From Eledone cirrhosa (taxonomy: Eukaryota): a stretch of 64,000 nucleotides of DNA. Below the pieces are notes generated by a model, which was given only the letters and a program-made list of their open reading frames with translations, was not told where the DNA came from and searched no databases. Below, in pieces: positions 44,401 to 58,770 of the stretch. Location of the stretch: positions 930,001 through 994,000 of the forward strand of contig OZ024750.1 of NCBI GenBank assembly GCA_964016885.1, given 5' to 3'. How positions within the stretch are numbered: position 1 is the first letter of the stretch; each line of letters starts with the position of its first letter. Both the position numbers and the translations under genes were made by a program.

Positions 44401-44843
44401 AACGACCACCACTACGACAACCCCTACAATTAAGGCAGTCACAACTTCTATGACTACCACTATGGCAGTCATAGCCGCTATGACCATGCCATCCACAACA
44501 ACTACCAGTACGACTAAGGCAACAACACTAATGTGATGTAAAGGTTAAAAGCAGAATACTATACTATGGTAGTTTAGTATTGTTATAAAGTACTTAGCGT
44601 GGCGCCCCCTGGCAGTGTCAGTCCTCTAGTAATATTGTTACTACTAGCTAGTTAGTCCGGCACTGATATTTAGACATTGTCAGTAAATAAAAGACAAATG
44701 GTTTATTGATGGATTAATGAGGAGAGAGAGAGAGAGAAGGAGATAGATAGATATATAGAGAGAGAGGGAGAGAGAGAGAGATGTGGATGGAATATAATAG
44801 AATGCTTTAGCATATTACAGTATTTCAGAATAGGGAGCTGTAG

Positions 44844-44898
<55 letters not shown>

Positions 44899-47233
44899 CT
44901 GAACAACGAGGATCGATGGTGTTGCTAGTGATGCTGCTGCCACTGCTGTGCTCGCTGGTGTGTGTGTGTGTCTGTGTACGTATGTGCGTGTGAGTCCGTG
45001 TGTCTGTATCTGTGTGTGTGTGTGTGTGTGTGTCTGCGTGTGTGTGTATTATTATATACATAGTTTCTGAAAATGATGTATACAATAATGTATTATGCGA
45101 GAATCGGATCTATTCAATACAGGTAAATACATATATTCAATACAGGTAAATACATATATTCAATACAGGTAAATACATATATTCAATACAGGTAAAGGTA
45201 GTATATAGTTAAATAACAGGTGAAAGAGATTGTGACATCATGCAGAATAATTCTACTTTCTGTTCTAGCTATGGTGGGCCATGTTTTGATTCTTGCTTAT
45301 AAGTATTGCACTTCACACACACACACACATACACACATACACACACATACACACAGTGTCTGACACAAGGACACAATGCTCCACACGGTCGGGGAAATCG
45401 AACTCATGACTTTACAATTGTGAGTGAAACACCCCTAGACACTAAGCCACACAATTATGTATGTTATGTATGTATGTATGTTATGTATGTATGTTATGTA
45501 TGTATGTTATGTATGTATGTTATGTATGTATGTATGCATTTATGTCTCAACAGTGTCTTGATAGAGATAAATAGTATAGGTATGTATAGACATGTGCATA
45601 GCGAGTGTCTCTTCGTTAAGGCAGTCTATCTCTTTTGGTTGGGTAGAATACACAGCTTACATAATTAGTGTGTGCCTGATGAAATATTGTTTTTCTATAA
45701 TGGTCCATTTGAAAGTTACGATAATACATATTAAGAAGAGTAGCTAGAGGGGTTAATCCAGTTTGTATTCTTTAAATAACATTTATATTCATATGACTTC
45801 TATTTCCAGGTGGCTCTTGTCTTGTAACCATTCATTTTGTATTCCTCAATAATATGGTATTGTTGAAGAAATACCATTTTAATGCGAAAAATAATGCAAC
45901 AAAGTTACAAAAATCATCAATTCACCTTGCTCCAATCGCTTTTGGTGAAAAAAAAAAAATAGTTGTACTTGTAATTCAAAAAGTCGGCCCTGTCGTACAC
46001 GGTGTCACGCTGAATCTCCCTGAGAGATACGTTAAAGTTTCACGTGTCTGTGGAATGTTTAACCCCTTGCAAGTATCAGGAAAGAGTTGCGTTAACTCGC
46101 GACCATTGCAGATATTGTTTCGAAAATTTCTCTCTGGATGAGAGATTTTAGATGAAGCCACAAGTAAGACCAACGTTTGTCCCAAACAAAGATAAATTAA
46201 AAGAATTGGCAGAAATAAAATCTGGAAGAATAGTTAAAGAACTTGCAACAGACTTGGTAGTATATTCTATAACTGTTTTCTATCACAGGGAAGTTGAATA
46301 AACAGGTTTCTCTGAAGGCGAAGTTCTCTCTCAGAAATTTTCAACAAATTATGGATGTTACATACTTTAGGCAACGTTGCTCACGTAACACGAGATGAAC
46401 TTCCAAATTGATGAGATAAAGAAACAAGTTTGAATTAGAGATTCTCTGAAGTTTATTGTACTTCCAGATATATGTAATGGTTTCTGATTTATTTACAAAG
46501 CCAGTAGTGTGGAGGGGAAATCGATTAAAAGCGATTGGATGGTAATGTATTTTATCGAAAAAAGACAAAGTTAACCTGGGATAAATTTGAACTCGAAACA
46601 CAAAACCCCAAACAAATAATGCACAGAGCATTTTGTCCGACATTCTAACAATCCTGTCAATTCACCTAACTTGGCTCTATCTCAGATGTATACAATAAAT
46701 GTTATATTTATTCATCTCTCCATCCACACGCTACTAAGTTTATTGACGCAAGTATTCATGCTTAAATAACTTCATATCATAGTTATCCTTTACTACTTTT
46801 TACACACATACACATATAAACATAGATAAACACAGGAATGTATGAGTAATGGTGGTATATTTAATACATCCTTCACAGAGATGTTGACCATGTCTGGCGA
46901 TATACAGCTCCACTCCAGTAAAACGCAGTCGAAGTAGCTCTGATATCAATAATTCTTATCACAGCAACTTTCTCTAAATGCGTGCCATCCGAAAATGTTC
47001 CTTTCGTTCCAAATTATATCTCTGTTACACTGGGATATATAAATTCCTTTCGTTTCATTTATCACAAAGGTCATCTTCCTCAATTCCTATTTTCTTTCAG
47101 TTCACATTAGATAAAAAGTCAATGCCCCGTTTTTCTGTTTTAAATAAATGACTTTTCACATCTTCCACTAATCTTAATATATTTACCCTTTCCAGCTTCT
47201 GCCTGTTGGTTTTTTTAAATCACCACTGTTCCA

Positions 47234-47505
47234 CTGGCTTAGTGGTAAGGGTGTTGGATTTATGATCGTAATGTCGTGGGTTCGATTCCTGGGCTGGGTT
47301 GTGTGCTGTGTTCATGAGCAGAACACTTCATTCTACGTTGCTCCAGTATACTCAGCTGAAAATTAATACCAGCAATAGCTGGGGGTTTAACGCTGCGATG
47401 GACTGGCGTCCTGTCCAGGGGGCAGTCTTGTACTCTCAGTCGCCTCACGCCATTGAAATGGGATAAACACCGGCTTGATGAGCTTCCTGGTTTGAGATAG
47501 ACTTG
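47234..47505 (+). mobile_element. tRNA-derived SINE (family B head, different 3' part)
   Basis: TGGCTTAGTGGTAAGG...GGTTCGATTCC, CORE-like segment, then GACTGGCGTCCTGTCCAGGG. Confidence 0.75.
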
Positions 47506-50500
47506 AGACACTTTTTGTTCTACTGTGTATTCATTTGTTTATAACACTGAGAAGAAGTTCCTTTTATTCTTCATACTTAAATTAATCTTAAAATATTCTT
47601 ATCCAGAACACATTGTCTGAGCATCTATTGTATTATTTAACTTATTATCTAAATGTTCCCGGCAGGTACTAACTATACTTTAAACGTGACATCAACGCAA
47701 CTTCTGTTTTTATCGGAGTTGTATAAAGCAACCAATATTATATTTTTCGACGAAGTAAAGCGTTGGAATAAATAACTCGTGATCTTTGGTTTCCTCTCTG
47801 TTAGTCCCCCCACCAAAGAAAGCTAAGCACCAGCAATGATAATATTCGTGATTTTATTAACTACACCCCCACCCTTTCACAATCGACTTTGTGAACCGTC
47901 AAAAGATATATTTTTCACCATTTTGTTTTTCTTCTAGAATTTCGAATGTTTCTTTTTCTGCTTCCTTAGCTTTCCATATTTTATGAAGTGTCGGATCTTC
48001 TAGAATGTATTATCCTTCTTCTCTTCTGCTTCTTTTATTGCTTGCTTCGCTGCAGTTTTTATTGCAAATGATTTTATTTTGGTCTCCTTGACTTACGAAT
48101 AATTTCGCCAGCAGATTCAACGATATCCTTCACAAATTTTAAAAGATTTTACTTTAGATAACTAATTGAAATATTTTATTTGAATTCTCTAGCTGGAAAA
48201 TAATAAACAGGGTGCTTAGATCTTCCTTCTGTTATGTTAATTCTTCTGGTGTACTTCCTTTGTTTGTTATATATATTTTTACTTGTATTACTTTGAAAAT
48301 CCTCCCTCTATTTCGTTTTTCACCCATTTCCTGTTTGTAATGGCCTGATCGACAATAATTTCCGTCCACAACAAATGATGTTATATTTCTTTATTTCATT
48401 TCTTTAACATAACCCATAAAATATTTTCTCAAAACAATTCTTGACACTGGAGAAGCTCTTAAAACTATTACCAGGTTTGTCATTCACCTTCCATAATAGT
48501 TGAGATACATTTCTATTTTATTGACTTTCTTTTCTATGTTTCTCATAGTGGATGATCAGTTTTATGTTAACTTCTAACATTGTTGCACTTCTATTCCGCC
48601 ATCTTGTGGCAATTTAAATGTCTCATTAAAATGTATTTAATAATACATTTTATTAATTAGCTTCCTATAGCGGTTTCTGATTTAGACACAAGGCCAACAC
48701 TTTGTGGGATGGAAGAAGTCAATTAAATCGACCCCATTGCGTTACTGGTGCTATATTTAATCGACCCTGTGAGGATGAAAGGCAAAGCTAACCTCGGCGG
48801 GATTTGAACTCTTAGCTTCCTATAACAAAAATTATAAAATAAAATGAGTTATTTTATGTTGAGGACAGATGAAAGACTGACGTTGTCATTGGTCCGTTGT
48901 CATTGAAACGTAATTCTTATAGCAAGATCTCCACTACGAAGAGCCCTGTTTGTAGGGGTTCAATCAAGAACACCTCAACTCGCTTCTCACAGCACACAAA
49001 TCTTAACTATATTTACCATCATAGACAAGCACAAATGAGAGAACATTCCTTGCAATGTATTTAACTGGGATTCTCCACTTTTTAAAATTCATATTGATTT
49101 TCTGATGGAATACACTCTATTTTAATTAATTAAGGAAGAATTTTGAGGGATTTAATAAAATTATTAATTATTTCATTACTAAGAGATTAACTTGATGTAA
49201 GGTACTTATATAAAATTATGCTGAAGATTTTAATTTAAATCAGAATCCTTTAAAATGGGTGGTTTTATTTCACAGAACCAGAGACGATTTGAACCAGGTT
49301 AGTAACTAAAGGGTTAACGTTTCTCTGAGGTTTACGCCCTGAGCGGCTGCCCAGTTAGCCTTAATGATAGCACCGACACTGAGTACCCTTATACCAAAAA
49401 CTTCATGGCCACGAGCCAAAGTTAGAAATTAATATTCAACAGAATCGCTCCCATAGATTTGATTTATGGTCTCTCGTTTCATTTCTCTCTCTTTGCCATA
49501 TCTGACTTTGTAGCACACAATTTATATTGTTTATTAAATCATTTGCATTTTTGGCTCACTACAATATTTGCATTACTATTGATTAACAAACTGTTTACAT
49601 GTCAGAAGCGTTTGTTTTTTATCATGTGGTTTCTATATTTTCAAATATCGTGAATTCAGTAGTTACTGGATACATTATACATACATACACACACATATAT
49701 ATATATTTCCGACGGAATTACTTCATTTATAAATATATATATATATATTTAACATTAGTTATTTAGAGTTCAATTACTGCTATTCACTATGTCTAACATG
49801 TTAGCAGCAGTTACATTGATATATCACCAGTTCATGATCTTCTGTTAAACCCATTTCTTATTCTTTTAATCGTTTCAAGTCTTTCCAGCACGGCAATGCT
49901 GGAGCATGACCTTAACTCTTTCACTGCCATTTCTAGTGAAAAACATTGCCTAAGACTTTCAAATAATTTAAAAAATAATTAAGAATTTGGAGTGATTTAG
50001 TAATATAACTGGTTTCCGCATTATTTTGTTTGGAGCGTAATTTAGAAACGTTTCTTGAATAACATTTTGGTGAAAGACTGTTTTGCTCTTTTACTCCAGC
50101 CACCCGACTAGGCCATGTTGGGGCACCACACATATACATACACCCAACGGACCATTGCATAGCTTCTGCCTAGAATTTCACCAACTTGGTCGATACAAAC
50201 CTATGGTAGAAAAACATTTGGCCAAATGCAATGGAAAACTGAACCACGTGATTGTGAAGCAAAATGTTTAAACCTCCCTTCACCTCCCACCCCATGTCGA
50301 CTTCCTTGCTATCACAGTGTCTGAAAAATATTTGCCACCCACCACCCCCTTCAGACCACCAACTTATTAAAGTTGTTTTTTCATACGAAAAAAAACCCCC
50401 AACAAAAAGTACCCCCCCCCCCCCAAAAAAAAAAACAACAACAACAACAACAACAACAACAAAAAACAAGAAAAACAAAAAAAAACAAAACAAAAACTAT

Positions 50501-50748
50501 AAAAATACAAATACAAACTAAAGAATAAAAGCATTGACTAAGAGAAAGTGTTGGTGCTTGGTGCAGACTGGTGCAGACTGGTGCAGACTGGTGCAGAGGA
50601 AAGACTTTTGATATTTCCGCCATTCGAGGATTCTATGTTAAAGATTGGTCAGAATCCAACAATTCTGTTGTAGAAAGATTCGAGAAACTGGAGTTGATTC
50701 TAACGAATATATTGTCCCCCTTCCAACGAATTTGGCGTCATTCCTAAG

Positions 50749-50869
<121 letters not shown>

Positions 50870-53220
50870 GAGGAATATTTAGTTCAAGCATATAAGAGGA
50901 AGCAGATGGTCAATAAATGAATATATATATATATATATATATATAGATAGATAGATAGACATATAGATAGATACATATATGTAAACTTATTCAAACTTTG
51001 GCACAAGGCCACACATTTGAAAGGCGTGGTAGGGGTGGGTTGACTGAATAAATATTGGGATCGATTCAATTGATTTTCATATTTATCCCGGTACTAATTA
51101 TCTGGGTACTAATATTATAACTAGCAGAAAATATAATTATAAAATATTATTTGTCAGAGATAACCTTCAAAGTATAGAGATAGTGCAAACAGATTGATAG
51201 AGAGAGGGTGGGGTGTGGGGAGAGAGAGAGGGTGGGGGAGAGAGGGGGTGGAGAGAGAGAAAGATAGAGGGAGACAGCGAGGGAGAGGAACAATGAGAAA
51301 GAAAGGGAGGAGTGGTAGTATTTGATTTAAAATAAATAAAACGAAAAAAAAAAATCAACAAAAACTATAACAAAAAAGGAGAAAAAAGACGATAATTTCA
51401 TATTTTGAAGATTATAAAATTGGTTTCTAATTTAGGAACCAATCCAGCAGATTTTGGGATGGAGAAAGTTGATAAATGAAGCCCAGTTCTTCACTTGTAC
51501 TTTATTTTATCGATCCCTAAGAAGGATGAAAGGTAAAGTTGATGTTGGTGAGATTTCAAGTCGGAATGTCATTTTATCTGACGTTCTGCCAATTCTGCCA
51601 TTCCATCACCCTTATCAAAAACTACATATCAAACCCCGTCCTACAACTTCAAATCACTTTACTAACATTTTTTTTTAAACCGGTAAAAAAAAATGGGTTT
51701 TATTATTCACGGTTATCTATCGATCTGTCCACCAGTAAAGATACTTTAAAAGGTCGAATTAACACATCGAGTTTTAGATATTTCTTCTAAACGATTGATG
51801 TTAAGAGTTAGCATATCTTGTTACCCTGATTGTCCACTATCAATTTAACACATATTACTGTGCACTAGACCTATCACACCCTCTCTTTCACATCACATCT
51901 AATTGTTACTATTTTGACCGGAAGCTTTTACATTGATTTTTAACAGTGGTGGTAGTGATGGTTGTTGTTGTTGTGGTGGTGGTAGTGATGGTGATGGTTG
52001 TTGTTGTGGTGGTATTGTTAGTACTGCTGCTTCATCGAAGCTAGAAATTCTTTTTTTTTTTGGATTCGATTGTACTCCATTCCTGGCAATAAAATCTACC
52101 AATTCTTTCTCGTGTCTCTACAGTTGAACTTATTCAAGGAGAAAGAAATCGATGTTAAGAATAGAATACGAGTAAGCTATAAAGCAATGGACATCTTAGA
52201 AGAATTAGATAACTTGAGATTTTAGATTATTAACAGTTAAAATGGATCTCGGTCGGTTTTGACGAGGACTATTCAATTTTTCGACCAGCTGAGCTACCTG
52301 CTCGTTAATTTTGTACGTGTTTGAGCATTCCACAGTCACGTGTCCCTTAAAGTAATCCCCTTCAGAATCAACGTGTCATGGTGTGGGACAAGGCAGACCT
52401 TTTGAATTAGAGATACAATCCATCCGACGGGTTTCCACATAGTTTCCGTCTATCAAGTTACTCCCACTAGCAGGGGAGAGGGGGAGCAAGCTATGGCTAA
52501 TGGTAAACCAAACAAACAAAACCAAAACATTTGTCCAAGATGTCAGCCAGGCAGTGAGATCGAATGTTTCAACTAAGGGATATTGCTTCCACAACGGTTA
52601 ACATATTACACATTTCATAGAATAACTAGTTAAATTAATTAAGGTAAGAAAACCAAACGAAATATATTTAAGGAAGTAAGAATTAAAGCCACACACACAC
52701 TAGACATTCTTGCTTATTTGTACCTTTTGTTACTAATCCGTTACACCACAGACCTCCTTTGGTCCTAGGGTTCCTATTTAAATTGAAATCTTCCAATATA
52801 ATTTGAGGTAAGCGCCGTTTGTTCAATTATGTTACAAGTAGTACGTAAAAGAAATAATTATTTTAGTAAATCCTTCCGAATTCCTCATTAATTAATTCAA
52901 ATACAGCGTATTTCGTTATAAATATTGTAAAGGAAGGGTTAAAACAGATATGATCATTACAGAAAATAGATGCGACTAAAAGGTTGTTTAAGATCAACTG
53001 GAGTTAAAGGAGGTTCTTAGCTAGAATATTACTTTGAATTAGCAGTATAATAGAGACATTGTGGAAGTTAAAAACATGGCATGTTTAAGTGGCTATGAGA
53101 AAACATAACAATTGTTCCAAGTCTATATTGATAATATCCACAATGGCTGGCGGAAGATACTAACCTTTACATAAACACCAACCAGCTTTGCAATGCTTTT
53201 CATCCACATGACATGCTGAG

Positions 53221-53449
53221 TTAACCCCTTCATTGCCATATTTCTCATGAATACATTGTATTTGAATTAATCAATGAAGAATTTGAAGGGATTTATAAAA
53301 ATTATTAATTACTTCATTATTACGATAATATTTCTAACATAATTAAACAAAAAAAGGTTCTTATATAAAATTATGTTGAAAGATTTTAACGTGGTTCTGT
53401 TTCCTAGAAGCAGGAGCAGTTTTTGATGGATTGGTATTAAAAGAGTTGA
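53221..53449. mobile_element. Old piggyBac-like MITE (TTAA-CCC termini); related pieces about 49060-49317, 21560-21990, 49911-50100, 52740-52942
   Basis: ttaacccctt.. / ..aaagggttaa type ends and shared AT-rich internal blocks (gaatttgaagggattta). Confidence 0.45.
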
Positions 53450-53489
53450 TAGTATTTGGTCGAGATGTCTTGCTTTTTAAGTTAAAAAC

Positions 53490-53688
53490 CTTTTGGGCAC
53501 AAAGCCAACAATTTTTGGGGAGGGGAAAGTTGATTAAATCGACCCTAGTGCATTACTGGTACTTTATTTTATTGATGAAAGGTAAAGCTAACCTCGGCAG
53601 GATTTGAACTCAGATAGTAAAGAGCTGTAACTCTATGCCATAAAGCATGTTGTCCGGATCTTTACCGATACTCCCAGTCCACCGCCCT
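53490..53688 (-). mobile_element. SINE family A copy
   Basis: A box, B box, core and tail on the minus strand. Confidence 0.8.
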
Positions 53689-53899
53689 CTTAACTATAAA
53701 TATTAAACAAATCCTTGCGAATTGCAGAGTAGTTAAATCAGCAGGATGTATGATGAATAGTTCATTAAAATATGTGATAGAGGGGTTCAGGTTAGCAAAG
53801 TAATCCAATGTTGATGGAAGCAATAGAGAACCTTAGAGATTCCATCACCAAGATCCCCAAGATTGGTTCAGTGAAGGAATTTCGTGTCCAACTTGTGGG

Positions 53900-54780
53900 A
53901 AAACCGCAGGAAGAGAGAGAATTCCACAAAACGTAAAACAGTAACGATGTTTTATGTTTTACTAGGATTCTTAGAAAAGCTGTTATATCATGTAGTGAAA
54001 TAAAGACATATACAGGAAATTGGGAGTGATGGAAGAGATGTGAAGTGTGTAAGGGAGTGAAGGAAACGATCCATCATTTTCTGGTTGGTTATAAAATACT
54101 TGATAGAAATAATTTTATTAAGAGTCATGACAGTAATTTGTGTGAAGTTAGATGTTTATATATTTTATATAGCCATAGTCATATGGAATACTCGACAACA
54201 GAAACAATATTCCCCGTGTTGGAACTGAGCCTCGTTGAAAGTCTTAGGATTTATTTGTATTACGAGAGTGGACTGAAACATTAATAGGCTGACTATGGAG
54301 GAGTGATGCTAGAGCTATGAAATCTTGCATACATTAATTTCAACACTTCTTATTGATAACTGCTTAGTTTCTTTCCAAAGACTATGTTGGAAAACAAAAC
54401 AAAACAACCCTCATTTGGTCACTCCATGAGAGTATCTTGGTCAGCCTAAGGACCTTTTGGCCTATGAACTTTTCGGCCGACCCTCTTACACTCCCAACAA
54501 TAATGTCTATTAATTCTTTTCTAACACTTTCCTCTGGTAAAAAACAGAGCAAAAACAAATAGAGGTTTAATGTTATACCAGAATATGGAGAAGACATTGA
54601 AATTGCGAGGTGTCATCTGTTTTAACGAAACTAGTGTTGAAGAAGAAAGATTAGATATAAAACGACAACAATATACGCGATGGGATTTTGAATATGTCGT
54701 GTGCAAACCAAGTGCCGCGACATGACTAGATTTAATCATAGAATATACTTACAGAAATAGCCTGCGTCAATGGGGAAACA
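53900..54780 (+). pseudogene. Degraded R4/Dong-like non-LTR retrotransposon (zinc knuckle + restriction-like endonuclease region), interrupted by a mariner MITE
   Basis: CEVCKGVKETIHHFLVGYKILDRNNFIKSHD at about 54036-54132 and WDFEYVVCKPSAAT*LDLII...TEIAC at about 54680-54765. Confidence 0.55.
54261..54488 (+). mobile_element. Mariner-type MITE (TA target); other copies at 34374-34558, about 22838-23010, 11430-11592, 5265-5380, 30670-30725
   Basis: TIRs TACGAGAGTGGACTGAAA.. / ..TTTTCGGCCGACCCTCTTA, with a shared internal sequence among copies. Confidence 0.75.
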
Positions 54781-57137
54781 AACAAATCAAATGAAAACTA
54801 AACAAAAATAAAATAAAACAAGCAAACAAAAAAAAAGCAAAACAAATTAAGAAAGAACAAAAATCATCAAAAAACTATTGAGTTAAAAGAGGAAGAGAAA
54901 TGGCGATAGTACAATAGGAAACCTTTGAGAAGCATGAAGGAAAGATGATGTTAGTGTCAATTGTGATATTGTGATTGGTTGTTCAGGTGAAGGAATGACT
55001 GAAGTTGACAAATAAAGTGACCAAGATAATTAAAGGATAGAAAAACAAAACTGACCAAAGAGGAATGTATACAGATTCAAAGAAGAATATATTGTATGAG
55101 ACAATGTTGAGAAGAAAACACACCAAAAAACCAGTTCCGCTCGAAAGAATTTTACTCCTAAAAATAACGTCCAGGCGACTCAATATTCCACAGACACGAA
55201 GACATAAAAAAAAGAAGAAAAATGCCGTAAAGTTCAGTGTTTGTGACAAGGTTGACCATTTGAGTTACATATAGAGTTAATCTGACCAGCTTCCTAACAG
55301 TTATTGTCTAATTAATTCCACTCATAAGACTTGGGTCAACTCGTGGCTATAATAGAAGGTACCTGCCGAAAATGTTACACAGTGGGACCAAATACAGAAC
55401 ATAATTAATTAACAAGTAATTCTGTCTCCACTAAAAATTGGTTAAAGGGATTAAATTGCTCCATTATAAGGACAGCGAATTACCCGAAGCGTTAGAGTGG
55501 GAAACGGAATACCTAGTGGTAGTTATTGCCGCCCTTTATATTCTAAGTTCAAACCCTGCCAAGGTTATCTTTACTTTGCTTCCTTTGGTGATCGATGAAC
55601 AGAATACAAGTCTAGGGAGCGAAGGATCGAAGATGACGACGACAACAACGGTGATGATGACTGGTACTTTATTTATCGACCCCCCTTTTCCAGAAGGATA
55701 AAAGGATTTCTACTCGGAATTTAAAATAACGGAACAAAATATTGTAATTTATTTTGTTTAGCGCTCTACCGATTCCGCGAAACCGCAATAATAGTACGAA
55801 GAGGAAAACGGACGAATATAGTCGGTTAATATTGCAGAGTGAAATAACTGGCCGCTTACACATATGTAAGCAACAGGTGGAAAATAGGAAATATTTCTAT
55901 AGCATGTTGCTAGATAACTTTATTAACCGACAATGAAGCCTGTATGTTGTCATTCGACATGTTAGAAATAATAGCTAAATCGTTTTCAAATTATACTCTA
56001 TGTTATTAGGGTACACTATAGCAGTGGGTTCCAAAGTGGGTCCCGACAAATACCAAGAATTATCCAGTACTGGGGTAGATTCTTCATCTATATCTCTTTC
56101 TCATTTTCTTTCTCTTAATCTCTTTCTTTCTCTGGAAGAAATCTTCTGTTTTCAGACCTGGAGAAGGATGGTTTCCTCTTGCCCAAGAAAAACCGTATAT
56201 TAGTAGGGTGTTACTACGACTCCCACCAGGAGTTACGGGTTCATACTCTCATATAAGTGAAAGTGTTTGGCCTAGAGATCACAAGGCTGTTTCAGTCATA
56301 TATCACCCTCACAAGAGGTGAGGGTGATATATGACTGGAATTCTTTTGATCCCATGAGATAAATCACCATCAAGTTAAACCTGTCCCCTCCCCCCGGATT
56401 CCTTCACCCCCCCATCATTATCACCTCAATACATTTTCAGTGGAAAAAAGAAAGAAAAGGACTAAGATAAAACCACACATATAAAGTGTGTTAGACATTC
56501 ACCTTCCACACCATCATTGCCTTTCATCCTTACGGGGTCGATAAAATAAAGTACCAGTAATACACTTGGTATTTGCTGGCCTTGTGCCAAAAGTAGAAAC
56601 AATTATTAAAATTTATTGTTATTATGATCCTCGCCAATATCGATCACTTCTTGTCCTCCTCCTCCTTACCGTCATCATCACCATCACCATCACCACCATC
56701 ATCATCATCACCATCACCACCACCATCATCATCATCATCATCATCATCACTGTGATCATCCAACTGGCACAGTCAGTAGAGCGTGGAGTAAACTAGTATT
56801 TGATCCGGCTCACTCAGTTGAAAGACCGCCAAGGTCAACTTTGCCGGATCAATAAATTAAAGTAACCGCATCACGATTGTTACAGTCTCGGGCGAGATAC
56901 CTTGCGGTATTTCTTGTGGTTCCTTCAGTTAAGTTAAGCTGTGACCTATTTGGATGATAGAGTTACTCAGTTACCCGGGTTAACACCTACACCCCCAGCC
57001 TTGGTTATCTTTTCTGGGGGTTATTATTTGCAGACATTCGTGCCAGGTCTTCAGTGTGAGAATATCTTCTGCCCCTTTTCTTGTTGTTTTTACCAGTTTC
57101 AGGGGTTATAGACACTGCCCTCCTCTCTCTGATGACT

Positions 57138-57248
<111 letters not shown>

Positions 57249-57854
57249 ATGTGCCGATACTAGAGCGGTGTATTAGTAAGATACTTAACGTTATCTTCTT
57301 ATATCTGGAGTTCAAATCCCAGCGGGGACGGTTTGTAGCTCATTTATTTCCCCCTGCGGTCGATAATTAAGAACCAGTAACGAATTCATTAGAGAAAAGA
57401 ATCGATTGATTTCTATCAAACATACCACTGCTTTGAAAACTCAGTAAATTAGCTTTCTCCCCCCCCCCCATAATATAAGGAATTATGTAGACATATCAGT
57501 GGGAGGCGGGGAAGTAGGCGCCAGTTGTCGGGAAAGAAAGCCCAGTAAAACTACATATAACAAGTAAAGAGTAGTAAATAGCTTATATTATAGCAGATAT
57601 ATTGGTATTTAAACATAGGAAATGAATATATAAACAAGAGGTGTAGGGGAGGGGGTAACAAAAGGGGACGGACGGAACAATAAAGTTAGGAAGCCAGGAA
57701 CACCACCACTACCACCACCACCAACACCAGCAGCAACAGCAACAGTAGCAGCACCAACAGCAACATCAGCAGCAGCAGCAGCACCACTATCACTACCAGA
57801 ACTACCAGCACTACGACCACCACCAGAACTATTAACCATCACCACCACTAGAAT

Positions 57855-57898
<44 letters not shown>

Positions 57899-57989
57899 AT
57901 ACTACTATCCATAACACCCCACGACTCTGCATTGTGTGTTAGCTGCTTTCTGTTAAATTATCTAAATGGAAATCTCATAAGAAAACCTC

Positions 57990-58073
<84 letters not shown>

Positions 58074-58382
58074 CTTTCTCATGTAACACCCCTCACATCC
58101 ATACATATATACTTACACACACATACATACATAAACAAACAAACATACACGCACACACACATATACAGGGTGTCCCCCTCAAATATATACACACTTCAAC
58201 AGCATACGAATCAAAGTATGTATACATTTTTTTGGGGGGAGGGGGGCACCCTAAATCCGTATACATATATTACATATATGTTATACGTGGGCGTAATATT
58301 ACGATATTACCATGGTTTTCAAGTCAGGGTGTGCAGTAAAACCATTAACAGAAGAACTACTGAAGTGTATTTATTATTTCAT

Positions 58383-58703
58383 CCGAGGTTAACTTTGCCT
58401 TTCATCCTTACGGGGTCGATAAAATAAAGTACCAGTAATGCACTGGGTAATTGCTGGCCTTGTGCCTAAAGAAGAAACAATTATTTCATTGAAAAATTTA
58501 GAGCGGTGGATTGGCAGTATCGGTATAGGGTCGGACGTCATGCTTTGATGCATAGAGTTACGGCCCTTGCCAGTCTGAGTTCAAATCCCGCCGAGGTTAA
58601 CTTTGCCTTTCATCCTTACGGGGTCGATAAAATAAAGTACCAGTAATACACTGAAATAATTGCTGGCCTTGTGCCAAATGTAGAAACAATTATTTCATTG
58701 AAA
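58383..58703 (+). mobile_element. Partial plus full SINE family A in tandem
   Basis: 3' half (58383-58494) directly followed by a full copy (58501-58703); both end in gaaacaattatttcattgaaa. Confidence 0.8.
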
Positions 58704-58770
58704 CAAAATGTAGAAGATTGATTGATAAATAAAGCCGAGGTCGGTTGAAACCCTTCCCAGTGATTTTGCT

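Noticed and set aside
42775-44536. Long ORFs (381, 367, 184, 172 aa), including a mucin-like NITTTT repeat
   Set aside because: They lie entirely within tandem repeats and have no convincing splice or homology support.
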